DNA of 51,741 nucleotides from an uncultured Candidatus Bathyarchaeia archaeon. GTDB taxonomy: Archaea > Thermoproteota > Bathyarchaeia > Bathyarchaeales > SOJC01. The notes under the pieces are model-generated. The model had not been told where the DNA came from. It ran no database searches and saw only the letters and a program-made list of their open reading frames with translations. The position numbers and the translations under genes were made by a program. The stretch is from contig CAYNAW010000003.1 of the NCBI GenBank assembly GCA_964395545.1, positions 1-51,741 of the forward strand, in the 5' to 3' direction. Shown in pieces: positions 1-9,094 of this stretch; positions within the stretch are counted from its first letter, which is position 1, and each line of letters begins with the position of its first letter.

Positions 1-1026
1 ACAGCTACCTATCATTTCTTGTGAGAAACAGCGGACCGCAGAGCTTTCCATTCTGACAGATGTGATTTCAATCGGGTTTTGCCAGAGAACAGTTCCGTAA
101 GGAAGAGTTTGTCCATTATAAAAGAAGACAACCTTGTACAGATTGCCAAGCGGGTACCGATGGTACAGTGCGGACACTCCCACGTATGGACGTCCACCCC
201 ACACCCAACTGCCATCCAGGTAGGAAATATCGCCTTCTATCGACCAAGCTGTATCAACATGACACCATTTCTGATCTTTGAAAAACCGGGGGTCTTCTAG
301 CTTAACAGACCAGTGGGGGTCAGCAATGCTCTCGGAGCTCACAACTCCAAACTGGAAATACTGAACGTGGCATCCGAAAGGAAACGGCATGTTTCTGACG
401 TTGCCTGCGTAGAATTTCCTTATGATGTTCTCGCAGTCGGGCAAGCTGGCCACGTTGACTGATGTTAGTGTGGAATTGTGTTCGGAGGCGTGGACTGAGT
501 AGTGAATCCAGCCGCCGGAATCCCACCTCGCACTCACGGTCACCGGTGTTTCGGGGGCCATTCCCACGATCTGCCACGTGTATGCATAAACCAGCCGTTC
601 GGTGGGCATGTGCAAAGGCAAGCTGTCCTCTCTTGTCTGATGTAGGCCAACATCGATGAACATGTTGCCTGTTGCGTCAAGTACCAGAATCGTGTAGAAT
701 CCATAGTCTATGTGGAGGTATTGGCTGTCTTGGGCTTGGACAAACATACCTCCTCCGAGCCAACTGGAAGGAGGAAAATAATGTGGGTCTGTGGAAGGAA
801 AGCTAACCGTGACGGCCGTGGCAATCACGCCGCGAGTTATGTTGTCCAGGTTGGGGGTGTTGACGTGAAAGCCCGCCACATACGGTTGATTCGAGTTCAA
901 CTCGACGATGTGGTTTGTCTCAGCAGGCGCTAGTTCAAAAGTGTTGGCAGACTTCACGCCTGGAACTGCACTCAATGATGTCACAATCAATAAGGCTATG
1001 AGGGGAACTATGCGGTCTTCGCACAA
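1..1026 (-). CDS. hypothetical secreted or membrane-anchored protein, partial (3' end runs off the window)
   Basis: My own minus-strand translation gives an uninterrupted frame from 1026 to position 1. It is absent from the ORF track because no stop lies inside the window. An in-frame TAG at 1081-1083 bounds it upstream. The probable start is TTG 1024-1026, about 10 nt after AGGGGTGG. The N-terminus RIVPLIALLIVTSLSAVPG looks like a signal anchor. The rest is rich in W/Y/G and I recognise no family. Confidence 0.55.
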   Translation of the reverse strand, partial: MCEDRIVPLIALLIVTSLSAVPGVKSANTFELAPAETNHIVELNSNQPYVAGFHVNTPNLDNITRGVIATAVTVSFPSTDPHYFPPSSWLGGGMFVQAQDSQYLHIDYGFYTILVLDATGNMFIDVGLHQTREDSLPLHMPTERLVYAYTWQIVGMAPETPVTVSARWDSGGWIHYSVHASEHNSTLTSVNVASLPDCENIIRKFYAGNVRNMPFPFGCHVQYFQFGVVSSESIADPHWSVKLEDPRFFKDQKWCHVDTAWSIEGDISYLDGSWVWGGRPYVGVSALYHRYPLGNLYKVVFFYNGQTLPYGTVLWQNPIEITSVRMESSAVRCFSQEMIGSC

Positions 1027-1119
1027 GAGCAGCTTACCACCCCTATTTTTGGTTTTTGTTATCGTAAGATAAAAGAGCTTCTACAGCTCTATTTACTTCA
1101 GTTTCGGAAGTGGTCTTTC

Positions 1120-1632
1120 ATGGTAGCTGAGTGCCCCAAGTGTGGAGCAGCAATCCCACATGATTCGGTGTACTGTCCCTATTGCGGGCACGGAATACAG
1201 CCTTCAGCCAGGTCGTTTCAGGTGTCACTTGCCGGAGCCTTAATGGTTACCTTCGCAATAGCTTCTTTGGTCCTCTTTGTCCTTTCGTTTCGTGCTCTGC
1301 TCAACATCTACAGCTGGTATCCCGCCAGTGTAGCACAGGTTTGGTTTGTTTATGACCATATGCTTACGACCGTCTCGTTTGCTGGGCTCATATTCGGATT
1401 GAGCGCGGCTGTACTCATATTGAGCCGAAGAAGTTTCAGCTGGGCTATGGCCTTTTCAATATTCGGGGCAATTGCAGGCGGCAGCTCTTGGGTTATCTCA
1501 ATGCTTATTCCGCACACTAACATAGCTTATTCCACCGTATACTATTTCGTGCCTCTCTTTGCAACTTCATTTATTGGAACTCTGCTTGTCTCTCGCAGAA
1601 AAGTCGAGTTCGACAGCACACGTTCAGGGTAA
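1120..1632 (+). CDS. zinc-ribbon domain membrane protein (hypothetical)
   Basis: N-terminal CPKCG-x13-CPYCG zinc ribbon followed by about 4 hydrophobic helices. Confidence 0.7.
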   Translation: MVAECPKCGAAIPHDSVYCPYCGHGIQPSARSFQVSLAGALMVTFAIASLVLFVLSFRALLNIYSWYPASVAQVWFVYDHMLTTVSFAGLIFGLSAAVLILSRRSFSWAMAFSIFGAIAGGSSWVISMLIPHTNIAYSTVYYFVPLFATSFIGTLLVSRRKVEFDSTRSG

Positions 1633-1697
1633 TGAAGACGTGTATGGTAGGCAACTGACACTCATTCAAGAGTAGGTTCGCGCTTGTCCCCTTCTCG

Positions 1698-1982
1698 CTA
1701 TTTTTTGGTGGGTTCTACCACGTCTTTGATGTCCGTGGCCTTCTTGTCCAAGGAGATGAGGTCTCCTATGGCTTTGATAATGGATACAGGTAATAGAACC
1801 TCCACTGATCCCAGAAATGGTTTCTTGTATCCAAGTTCTTTCGTCGTCTCTTCTGTCAGTCTCACATGTAGATGGGTGATTCGCCATGTGGGTAGCAGTT
1901 CTACCTCGACGCCAGTAACGTTGCCGATCAATCGGGCGTCATCACTGACTACGTTCTTTTCAAGGAGCTGGTTCACATTCAC
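1698..1982 (-). CDS. PRC-barrel domain protein
   Basis: 94 aa with a PRC-barrel-like pattern (VVSDDARLIGNVTGVEVELLPTWRITHLHV). Its start overlaps the stop of the upstream M50 protease gene by 4 nt. Confidence 0.7.
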   Translation of the reverse strand: MNVNQLLEKNVVSDDARLIGNVTGVEVELLPTWRITHLHVRLTEETTKELGYKKPFLGSVEVLLPVSIIKAIGDLISLDKKATDIKDVVEPTKK

Positions 1983-3109
1983 CGCTGTTCTTCACCTCCC
2001 AATTCCGTTTTGACTTTGATGACGTGGACAATATCACTACGAGTAACAATTCCCACAAGCTTTTCATCCTCTTGAACTGGAAGTCGTCCAACGTCATATC
2101 TCGCCATTTTCATCAGGGCTTCTACCGCGGTTTCATCGGGGCTTGCGCATTTCAGCTTCTCATAAGGTGTCATTGCCTGACTTATTTTGGTTTCTCGCCA
2201 TTTTTCCTTAGGAATCTTCCTTATGTCTTGAAGTGTAACCAGCCCAAGCAATTTAGAGTCCTTTTCAACTGGAAATCCGCCATGCTTATACTGTGAAAAG
2301 TGGGTTCCCACAACGTCTCCGACTAGGGCGTCGGGATTAACCGTATGAACTTCACGGGTCATTATATCGCGGATAAGGACGCCTGCCAAAGCCTCACTCA
2401 TAATAGTCTGTCGATAGCTTGACTCAGCCCCATTCTTCAAAAACCATCCTATCAGTATCAACCACAAGCCTCCGATGAACACTCCCAAAATGACAACAAA
2501 GAAACCCCAGAAAATCAGTATATAAGAAAACAAAACACCAACCCTAGTCGCGATCCTAGTTGCATATGTTCGATCTTTCTTCCAACGCCAAATTCCCGCC
2601 CTAAGAACTCTTCCACCGTCGAGCGGAAAGGCGGGTAACAGATTGAAGCCGCCTAATAGCACATTAATATAAGCTCCATATTCTAAGGGTGCAATCACCA
2701 CAACGTTGGCCCCAAAAAAACCAACAGCATACTGTAGCGACCATAAGATCAAAGCAAGGAGAAAGCTTGTAAGAGGTCCAACTAACGCAATCCTAAATTC
2801 AAGACCCGGCTCATTCGGTTCTTCCTCGATTTCGGATACGCCGCCAAAAATGAAGAGGACGATACGTTTCACTGGCAAGCCGTTTTTCTTAGCTACATAC
2901 GAATGAGCTAATTCATGAACTAGAACGGACACAAAAAGCACAATTGCTGCAATGGCGCCTATTAACCAATAAGCCTCTGAAGAAAGCCCTGGATATTCTG
3001 AAGGCAGATAGCCTATTGCCAGAGTCCAAGTAATAAGCAATACGGCGAGAATCAGCGTATAATGCAGCTTCACTGGAACACCTAACAGCCTGCCGATTCC
3101 TAAAGACAA
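1979..3109 (-). CDS. site-2 protease family (M50) zinc metalloprotease with C-terminal CBS pair
   Basis: HELAHS (HExxH) in a TM helix, NLLPAFPLDGGR second metal-ligand motif, multiple TM segments and two C-terminal CBS repeats. TTG start. Confidence 0.9.
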   Translation of the reverse strand: MSLGIGRLLGVPVKLHYTLILAVLLITWTLAIGYLPSEYPGLSSEAYWLIGAIAAIVLFVSVLVHELAHSYVAKKNGLPVKRIVLFIFGGVSEIEEEPNEPGLEFRIALVGPLTSFLLALILWSLQYAVGFFGANVVVIAPLEYGAYINVLLGGFNLLPAFPLDGGRVLRAGIWRWKKDRTYATRIATRVGVLFSYILIFWGFFVVILGVFIGGLWLILIGWFLKNGAESSYRQTIMSEALAGVLIRDIMTREVHTVNPDALVGDVVGTHFSQYKHGGFPVEKDSKLLGLVTLQDIRKIPKEKWRETKISQAMTPYEKLKCASPDETAVEALMKMARYDVGRLPVQEDEKLVGIVTRSDIVHVIKVKTELGGEEQR

Positions 3110-3145
3110 AACACCTTACCCCTGAGACTGCCATTGCTTGTTTCA

Positions 3146-3496
3146 TTATTGTGTGCATTTTGATTTAATAAGACTTGAGGAATTTCCACGAGCAAAGCCA
3201 CGATAGTGTTTTCTTGACAGATGTGAAATTCTGGAGGCGAAGCGGAATGACAAAGCGAGGGCAAGAGCAGAAGGCTCGTTTTCTCCTTTTGTTTGTTTTT
3301 CTGTTCTCTCGGCATATTTGTTTATCATGAAAATCGTCGTTAGCGCCACTATCGCTCCCAAGAACAATGACGCCGATATCCCAAATTCATTATTCATCTC
3401 GGGCATTCTATCAAGAAGTGTCCAGAAACTCCTGAAAACGAGGACAGATGCAAAAAGCAGAAGAAATTCCCAGAAGATGATCTTGAACATTCTCAT
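3146..3496 (-). CDS. small membrane protein (hypothetical)
   Basis: 116-aa ORF with two hydrophobic helices. TTATATC TATA-like element about 40 nt upstream (plus 3531-3540). Confidence 0.45.
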   Translation of the reverse strand: MRMFKIIFWEFLLLFASVLVFRSFWTLLDRMPEMNNEFGISASLFLGAIVALTTIFMINKYAERTEKQTKGENEPSALALALSFRFASRISHLSRKHYRGFARGNSSSLIKSKCTQ

Positions 3497-3702
3497 TCCC
3501 AGACCTCTGAAAAAGGAGCTTCGCTTGCTTCGGATATAAGATTTCCTAGCCCGTTGTATCTAATATGCCGTGCTAAATCCTCTTTGCACTCGTACCTATT
3601 TACGCGCGCAAAACTGATGCTGCACTATCCTCGATGAAGTGTAAGCCCTTCTGAAGACATCCTCTCGAGAGCTAGAGATATGGTGTCTAACACATCTTGG
3701 AG

Positions 3703-4884
3703 TCACAGTTCCGTTAGAGGAAAATGTGTTCGACGTAAATAGTTCCTGATGTAGTCTTGGTCGTACTCGAATTCCTTGCTTCTGAGAACCTGTCTTTCCA
3801 GTCTGTCTAAGGCTACGCGAAAGGTCGGCTGCACCCCCCATCCTTCACTGGAGCTGTAGAAAGAACCCTTCCTGGTTCGCAGTTGGAGGCGGCAATGAAT
3901 AAGTTGTCTGGCTGAGTAGTTTGTGCCATGAGTCTTCATGTAGATGAACAGCGTGCCAGCCTCTAGCGTTCCTTCGTATCTTCGTGCGAAAGAGTCAAAA
4001 TCGCCCAATATGGAACCTTGCTGGCTTTCATCTATGTCCAAGTCCTTGACGGAAAACTGCACTGCGAGTCTTCGGTCTCGCATTTCTATTTGGGCTATTG
4101 GTTCGAGAAAGTCCAGCTTTGTTATTATCCCCACAGGTCTTCGTCTTCTGACAATCACCAACGAAGATATGTCGAATTTTTGCATTTCGTGCAGTGCATT
4201 CCTCAGTGTTGCTTCAGGCAATACAGTTATGACAGGTTTTGTCATTATGCCCTTTGCTGGAACGTTTAGTAGACGAACCTTTTCGCCAGCTCTCTCGCCA
4301 GGTTTTTGGCGTTGCTTTGGTTGGAAAACATGTTCAATGATATCGTGAATGCTAACAATTCCGACGAGTCTTCCGTTGCTGACTACTGGAATGTGAGAAA
4401 TGTCCTGCTCTCTGAAGAGGTTGAGCACCACTCCCACAGATTCATTTTCCTCAACAACAACGGGTTCCTTACTCATGATTTCCTCAACTCTGCTGTTCCC
4501 CCATTTTCCCATAACAGCCTCGCGAATCACGTCTTCGTCCGTGACAAATCCGAGTATCTTCTCGCTGCTGAAAACTGGAAGTTGCCTAACGCCACTCTCT
4601 ATCATCAGCTTCGCGGCCCGGCTAAGAGAATCCTGTAACGCGACTTTGGGCGCTGAGCGCATCAGAGTCTTGACTTTGGTTACGGAAGGATCAAGCCTAG
4701 ATCTGACTATCCATCTTCTGGCGATTACACCCTTATATTTGCCTCTGTCATCCCAAACGGCTAGAACCAGTGGCATCTCTTTTTTGAGGAGGGAAAGGCA
4801 ACGGGAAAGTGTATCACTCTCGAGAACACTTGCGAAATTTCTTGAAAAGGCGCTTTCAACCTGTGCGGTCATCACGAACTCCAT
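3703..4884 (-). CDS. CBS-domain protein (4 CBS repeats) with C-terminal HPF/RaiA (S30AE)-like domain
   Basis: Four CBS repeats in res ~25-265. The last ~100 aa (VQFSVKDLDIDES...IHCRLQLRTRKGSFYSSSEGWGVQPTFRVALDRLERQVLRSKE) follow the beta-alpha-beta-beta-beta-alpha pattern and the S.EG...A.D.L...L..K signature of bacterial HPF/YfiA. Confidence 0.8.
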   Translation of the reverse strand: MEFVMTAQVESAFSRNFASVLESDTLSRCLSLLKKEMPLVLAVWDDRGKYKGVIARRWIVRSRLDPSVTKVKTLMRSAPKVALQDSLSRAAKLMIESGVRQLPVFSSEKILGFVTDEDVIREAVMGKWGNSRVEEIMSKEPVVVEENESVGVVLNLFREQDISHIPVVSNGRLVGIVSIHDIIEHVFQPKQRQKPGERAGEKVRLLNVPAKGIMTKPVITVLPEATLRNALHEMQKFDISSLVIVRRRRPVGIITKLDFLEPIAQIEMRDRRLAVQFSVKDLDIDESQQGSILGDFDSFARRYEGTLEAGTLFIYMKTHGTNYSARQLIHCRLQLRTRKGSFYSSSEGWGVQPTFRVALDRLERQVLRSKEFEYDQDYIRNYLRRTHFPLTEL

Positions 4885-4952
4885 CCTGGTATATCTATTC
4901 TCAAAGCGCTCAGGGTCCTTAAATAACTACTTTCCCGATCGCCCTATCAGAA

Positions 4953-5228
4953 CTAAATGATGTATAATGACTTTGCTGCTTCCCTTTCTAGACCTTCTGT
5001 GGCAACTTGGTCTAGAGCAGATTTTCGGCTTCCTGGTGGGGCAATAGAGATTGAATTGCCACGTTCAAGACGTTCGGGGATCTTTGTGCGATCTATCTCC
5101 TTGGCCTCGATTACCTCCACGCTTTTTTCCTCGTCATTTTTCAAAAGAGACAGATGAACAAGTCGCGTTTCCTTATTGCTTTCATCAGTCATTTTCCACA
5201 TGATATCCTTAGACATGAGTGCTCCCAC
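4953..5228 (-). CDS. hypothetical protein
   Basis: 91-aa charged ORF sitting directly below the AT-rich divergent promoter region. No family recognised. Confidence 0.4.
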   Translation of the reverse strand: MGALMSKDIMWKMTDESNKETRLVHLSLLKNDEEKSVEVIEAKEIDRTKIPERLERGNSISIAPPGSRKSALDQVATEGLEREAAKSLYII

Positions 5229-5381
5229 AGATAAATAAACATCGTCATTTACTTATAAATATTATTATTTGACAATACTTATATTAGGGAGCATATTTAT
5301 AAATCAACTCTTCGTCTTAGCGGTGAGACACAGGTCTCTCTGGTTTGACAATCCACTCAATCAACATGGAGGATCATAGAG
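5229..5381. promoter_or_regulatory. AT-rich divergent promoter/control region
   Basis: Several TATA-like TTATAAAT/TTTATAAAT elements. Direct repeat TTTGACAAT at 5268-5276 and 5344-5352. Inverted repeat GAGAC-N4-GTCTC at 5325-5338. GGAGGA SD at 5369-5374 before the TTG start at 5382. Confidence 0.55.
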
Positions 5382-8114
5382 TTGGCTCAGGAAAATGCTT
5401 GGCATGCAGAAAGAGTCGAACAAGTACTCAAAAGACTCGAGACAAGTGAAAGAGGACTAACAAGCGCCGAAGCAGAGAAGAGACTGAGAGAGCACGGGAC
5501 GAACGAACTAGAAGAAGAAAAACGAGCAACCAAATTAGCTTTGCTTGCCCACCAACTCAAGAACCCTCTGGTCGGTGTACTCGTCGCCGCTGCCTTGATT
5601 TCCTTTCTTGCTGGAAAAATGATCGATACCGTAGTTGTGATTGTCGTTATCGTCTTCAACACATCAATTGGTTTCATCCAAGAGCACAAGGCAGAAACCG
5701 CTCTTCAAGCTTTAAAATCAATGGCAGCACCCGAAGCCGAAGTGATTCGTGATTGTCCTGAAACTGGTGGCTGCATCGAAATGCGTGTCAAGGCCCAGGA
5801 AATCGTCCCCGGGGACATAGTGCTTCTGGATTCAGGAGACAAAGTTCCTGCAGATACTCGCGTTCTTGAGGCGATAAACCTCGAAATCGACGAGTCCATG
5901 TTGACTGGTGAATCGACACCGGTGAGAAAAGCGACCGAGCCTTTAGAAGAGGAGTTGCCTGTGGCCGATAGAGCGAACATGGTCTTCTCGGGCACAATAG
6001 TAACCCAAGGAAGAGGGAAAGCAGTCGTAGTCTCCACAGGAATGAAGACAGAGATAGGAAAAATCGCCAAGTTGATAAAAGAGACTAAAAGAGCTGAGAC
6101 TCCCATTCAAAAGCGAACAGTGGACTTGAGCAGGAAACTTGGGCTCTTCGCGTTGTTTGCAAGCGGTTTAGTCCTTGTACTAAGCGTCCTCCGAGGATTC
6201 GAATTTTACGAAGTGTTTCTCTTCGCTTTGGCATCTGCAGTCTCGGCCATCCCGGAGGGGCTGCCCGCAGTTATGACGATCACGTTGGCTGTTGGAGTCA
6301 ACAGGATGGCTAAGCGCAATGCCATAATCCGGAAGCTGCAGGCAGTTGACACTTTGGGCTCAGCAACGGCGATTTGCACCGACAAGACTGGGACTCTCAC
6401 TACAAACCAGATGACCGTACAGAAGATATTCGTGGACAACAGAACGGTCAATGTCACTGGTGCTGGCTATACGCCTGAAGGGCATTTTGAAGTAGAAGGT
6501 GACGCAGTAGATCCGGCGACCGATAACGCGCTCAACCTCTTGCTTCAAATTGCTGCCCTCTGCAACGACGCTAGGCTCAGGCGGCACGAAGTCAAGGAGG
6601 GGTTCCGATGGGAGATCTACGGTGACCCTACAGAAGGGGCATTGGTTGTTGTAGCGGAGAAGGCAAAACTCGTAAAGCATGAATTGGAAAAAAGGTTTCC
6701 ACGAGTCGACGAGATTCCCTTCAACCCCAAGGAGCGATACATGGCTACGTTTCACAAGGCGTCAGATGGAGGCCTAAGCGTCTATGTTAAAGGCGCTCCT
6801 GAGACTCTCTTGGAATGGTGTTCAGAAATTCTGGAAGGCGGCAAGACGAAGAAGCTGACACAACAGAAGAGAGAGGAGATTTTCCGAGCCAGCACTCACA
6901 TGGCCGGAGAGGCGCTCAGGGTGCTGGCAATGGCTTATCAGACAGTAGAAACAAAAGACATAGACAGTTTTAAGGAAAAACTGTTACATAGACGCGCCAA
7001 GCTGGTTCTTGTTGGTCTGGCGGGAATGATCGACCCGTCCAGACCAGAGGCGAAAACTTCAGTGCAACTATGCAAAAGGGCGGGAATCAAGGTCATCATG
7101 GCAACCGGAGATCACAAACTGACGGCAGAGGCTATCGCCAAAGAAGTTGGAATCCTTGAATCGAACTCGAAAGTCCTAACTGGACCGGATCTCGACAGTA
7201 TTGATGATGACGAGTTAGACGCCGTGATAGAAGAAACAGCGGTCTTTGCCCGTGTATCTCCAACACATAAGCACCGAATTGTCGTATCTCTAAGGCGGAA
7301 AGGGCATATTGTGGCTATGACAGGCGATGGTGTCAACGATGCTCCCGCCCTAAAGGCCGCGGAAATCGGCGTTGCGATGGGAATCACGGGAACAGATGTC
7401 ACAAAGGAAACTGCGGACATGGTGTTGGCCGATGACAATTTTGCCAGCATCGTAAACGCAGTCGAAGAAGGCCGTGTAGTGTTTGAAAATATACGAAAAG
7501 TTGTAAAATACTTGATTGCCACCAACACGGGAGAGATCATTACAATATTGACTGCACTCATTCTTCTGCCTGACGCTCCGCTCATTTTCACGCCAGTGCA
7601 AATATTGTGGGTTAATCTTGTAACCGATGGAATCCTCGATGTCACTCTGGCAATGGAGGCAAAAGAAGAAGATATCATGGATCAACCTCCCAGGAAACCT
7701 ACTGCAAAGATAATAAATCGAGAAATTATGATGAACACCATCTATATTGGCACATTTATGATGCTTGGAACTCTCTGGGTTTTCACAAGGGAGTGGAACA
7801 ACGGAGACATTGTCAGAGCGCAGACTCTAGGCTTCACCACTCTGGCCATGTTCCAAGTGTTCAACTCGCTCAACTGCAGATCAAGAACCAAGTCCATATT
7901 CAAGCTTGGCTTGTTTACAAACAGATATTTGTTGGGCGCCATTGCTGTGTCCGTTTCTTTGCAAGTGTTGGCAACGATCTTGCCTCCGCTTCAGATTGGC
8001 CTCGGCACTACTTCGCTTTCGATTTGGGACTGGATAACGATAATCGGTGTTTCAAGTTCAGTCTTCTTCGCTGACGAAATCAGAAAACTATTAAGAAGCA
8101 GGTTAAAGAGATGA
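5382..8114 (+). CDS. P-type cation-transporting ATPase (P2-type, Ca2+/cation pump-like)
   Basis: 910 aa with DKTGTLT phosphorylation motif, TGES, MATGDH, TGDGVNDAPALK and about 10 TM segments. TTG start with SD. Confidence 0.95.
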   Translation: MAQENAWHAERVEQVLKRLETSERGLTSAEAEKRLREHGTNELEEEKRATKLALLAHQLKNPLVGVLVAAALISFLAGKMIDTVVVIVVIVFNTSIGFIQEHKAETALQALKSMAAPEAEVIRDCPETGGCIEMRVKAQEIVPGDIVLLDSGDKVPADTRVLEAINLEIDESMLTGESTPVRKATEPLEEELPVADRANMVFSGTIVTQGRGKAVVVSTGMKTEIGKIAKLIKETKRAETPIQKRTVDLSRKLGLFALFASGLVLVLSVLRGFEFYEVFLFALASAVSAIPEGLPAVMTITLAVGVNRMAKRNAIIRKLQAVDTLGSATAICTDKTGTLTTNQMTVQKIFVDNRTVNVTGAGYTPEGHFEVEGDAVDPATDNALNLLLQIAALCNDARLRRHEVKEGFRWEIYGDPTEGALVVVAEKAKLVKHELEKRFPRVDEIPFNPKERYMATFHKASDGGLSVYVKGAPETLLEWCSEILEGGKTKKLTQQKREEIFRASTHMAGEALRVLAMAYQTVETKDIDSFKEKLLHRRAKLVLVGLAGMIDPSRPEAKTSVQLCKRAGIKVIMATGDHKLTAEAIAKEVGILESNSKVLTGPDLDSIDDDELDAVIEETAVFARVSPTHKHRIVVSLRRKGHIVAMTGDGVNDAPALKAAEIGVAMGITGTDVTKETADMVLADDNFASIVNAVEEGRVVFENIRKVVKYLIATNTGEIITILTALILLPDAPLIFTPVQILWVNLVTDGILDVTLAMEAKEEDIMDQPPRKPTAKIINREIMMNTIYIGTFMMLGTLWVFTREWNNGDIVRAQTLGFTTLAMFQVFNSLNCRSRTKSIFKLGLFTNRYLLGAIAVSVSLQVLATILPPLQIGLGTTSLSIWDWITIIGVSSSVFFADEIRKLLRSRLKR

Positions 8115-9067
8115 GTGCCAAGAAATCGAAATATGAAGTTGAACCCATTTCCATCGAGGAAAAAAACGTGCTAATGGGAAAATACGGTGAACGGCTCTTG
8201 TATGAGGAGAGAGCCGACATCTATGGCTGTTGTATTAAACTCTCCACCGACACAAAGTATGTCAAGGAACGCTGGGAAGAGAACTTCTACCCGATGTCAG
8301 CGCATGTCAGATCTCATGGAAGAATGGTAGTCACCGAAGAAGATGATGAAGAACAGCGCGTATTCTACGACCAGCTTTCGAAAACTGCCTTTCTAATCAA
8401 CGTCGACTATTATGGTTGGGTTAAATCAATAGCCCTCAGTATTGCCAGCGACATCCTTGAAGATAATCATGACATAGACTCAGTTCACGGCGCTTGCATA
8501 GACATTGATGGACAAGGAGTATGCCTAATAGCTCCCTCTGGAACAGGTAAAACAACCCACACCTACGGTCTTCTCAGGCTTCCCGGTGTTCGCGTTGTAT
8601 CCGACGATTGGTTCTTCGTTCGCCTGAGTGCAGGCCAAGCTCTCGCATTCGGTTCTGAGAAAAATTTCTACATCCAAGCCGACATTGCCGACAACTGGGG
8701 CGAATACCAGAAACTGGTAGACAAAGCTGATTTTGACTCAAAGGGCAGAGCAGTCGTCAACGTCAGATGGGTTATTGGCAAAGGAAAAATCTTGCCTATG
8801 ACCACATTGAAGAAAGCTATACTGCTGAAAAGGGAACCCGAGGACAAGGAAATCGTCAGCCGGCTGTCACCAGAAGAAGCAACCCGCTACATGGTAACTG
8901 TCGACTTCTCTAACCCCCACATGCTTGTGAAGGATGAACGAAAGATGAACTTGAGAAGACAATTCTTCAAAAAATTCTTTGCTCCTTTAGAAACCCATGC
9001 TGTTAATACCACAGCTCCAGTGCCTGAAGTTCATAAGGTCATTAAAGAAAACGTGTTAGGGTTATAA
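8111..9067 (+). CDS. HPr kinase/phosphorylase-like (PEPCK-like fold) P-loop protein
   Basis: VHGACIDIDGQGVCLIAPSGTGKTTHTYGLLRLPGVRVVSDDWFFV resembles the HprK C-terminal core (HG..vdi.G.GVLi.G.SG.GKS....L...G..LvaDD). Its ATG overlaps the ATPase stop (ATGA). Confidence 0.65.
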   Translation: MSAKKSKYEVEPISIEEKNVLMGKYGERLLYEERADIYGCCIKLSTDTKYVKERWEENFYPMSAHVRSHGRMVVTEEDDEEQRVFYDQLSKTAFLINVDYYGWVKSIALSIASDILEDNHDIDSVHGACIDIDGQGVCLIAPSGTGKTTHTYGLLRLPGVRVVSDDWFFVRLSAGQALAFGSEKNFYIQADIADNWGEYQKLVDKADFDSKGRAVVNVRWVIGKGKILPMTTLKKAILLKREPEDKEIVSRLSPEEATRYMVTVDFSNPHMLVKDERKMNLRRQFFKKFFAPLETHAVNTTAPVPEVHKVIKENVLGL

Positions 9068-9094
9068 GACAAGTCACTTTGTGTGGGGATCTAT

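Noticed and set aside
1-1026. Assignment of the partial secreted protein to the glutamic (G1) peptidase or thermopsin families, based on SSWLGGGMFVQAQ.
   Set aside because: This is a single short resemblance. The catalytic Gln/Glu context cannot be verified by eye, so the protein is left as hypothetical.
5387-7685. Several 100-190-aa antisense ORFs inside the P-type ATPase gene (5387-5689, 5705-6106, 6360-6755, 7112-7678).
   Set aside because: They are fully embedded antisense to a gene with unambiguous family motifs. Their Ser/Thr/Ala-rich composition is low complexity, and they have no independent signals.
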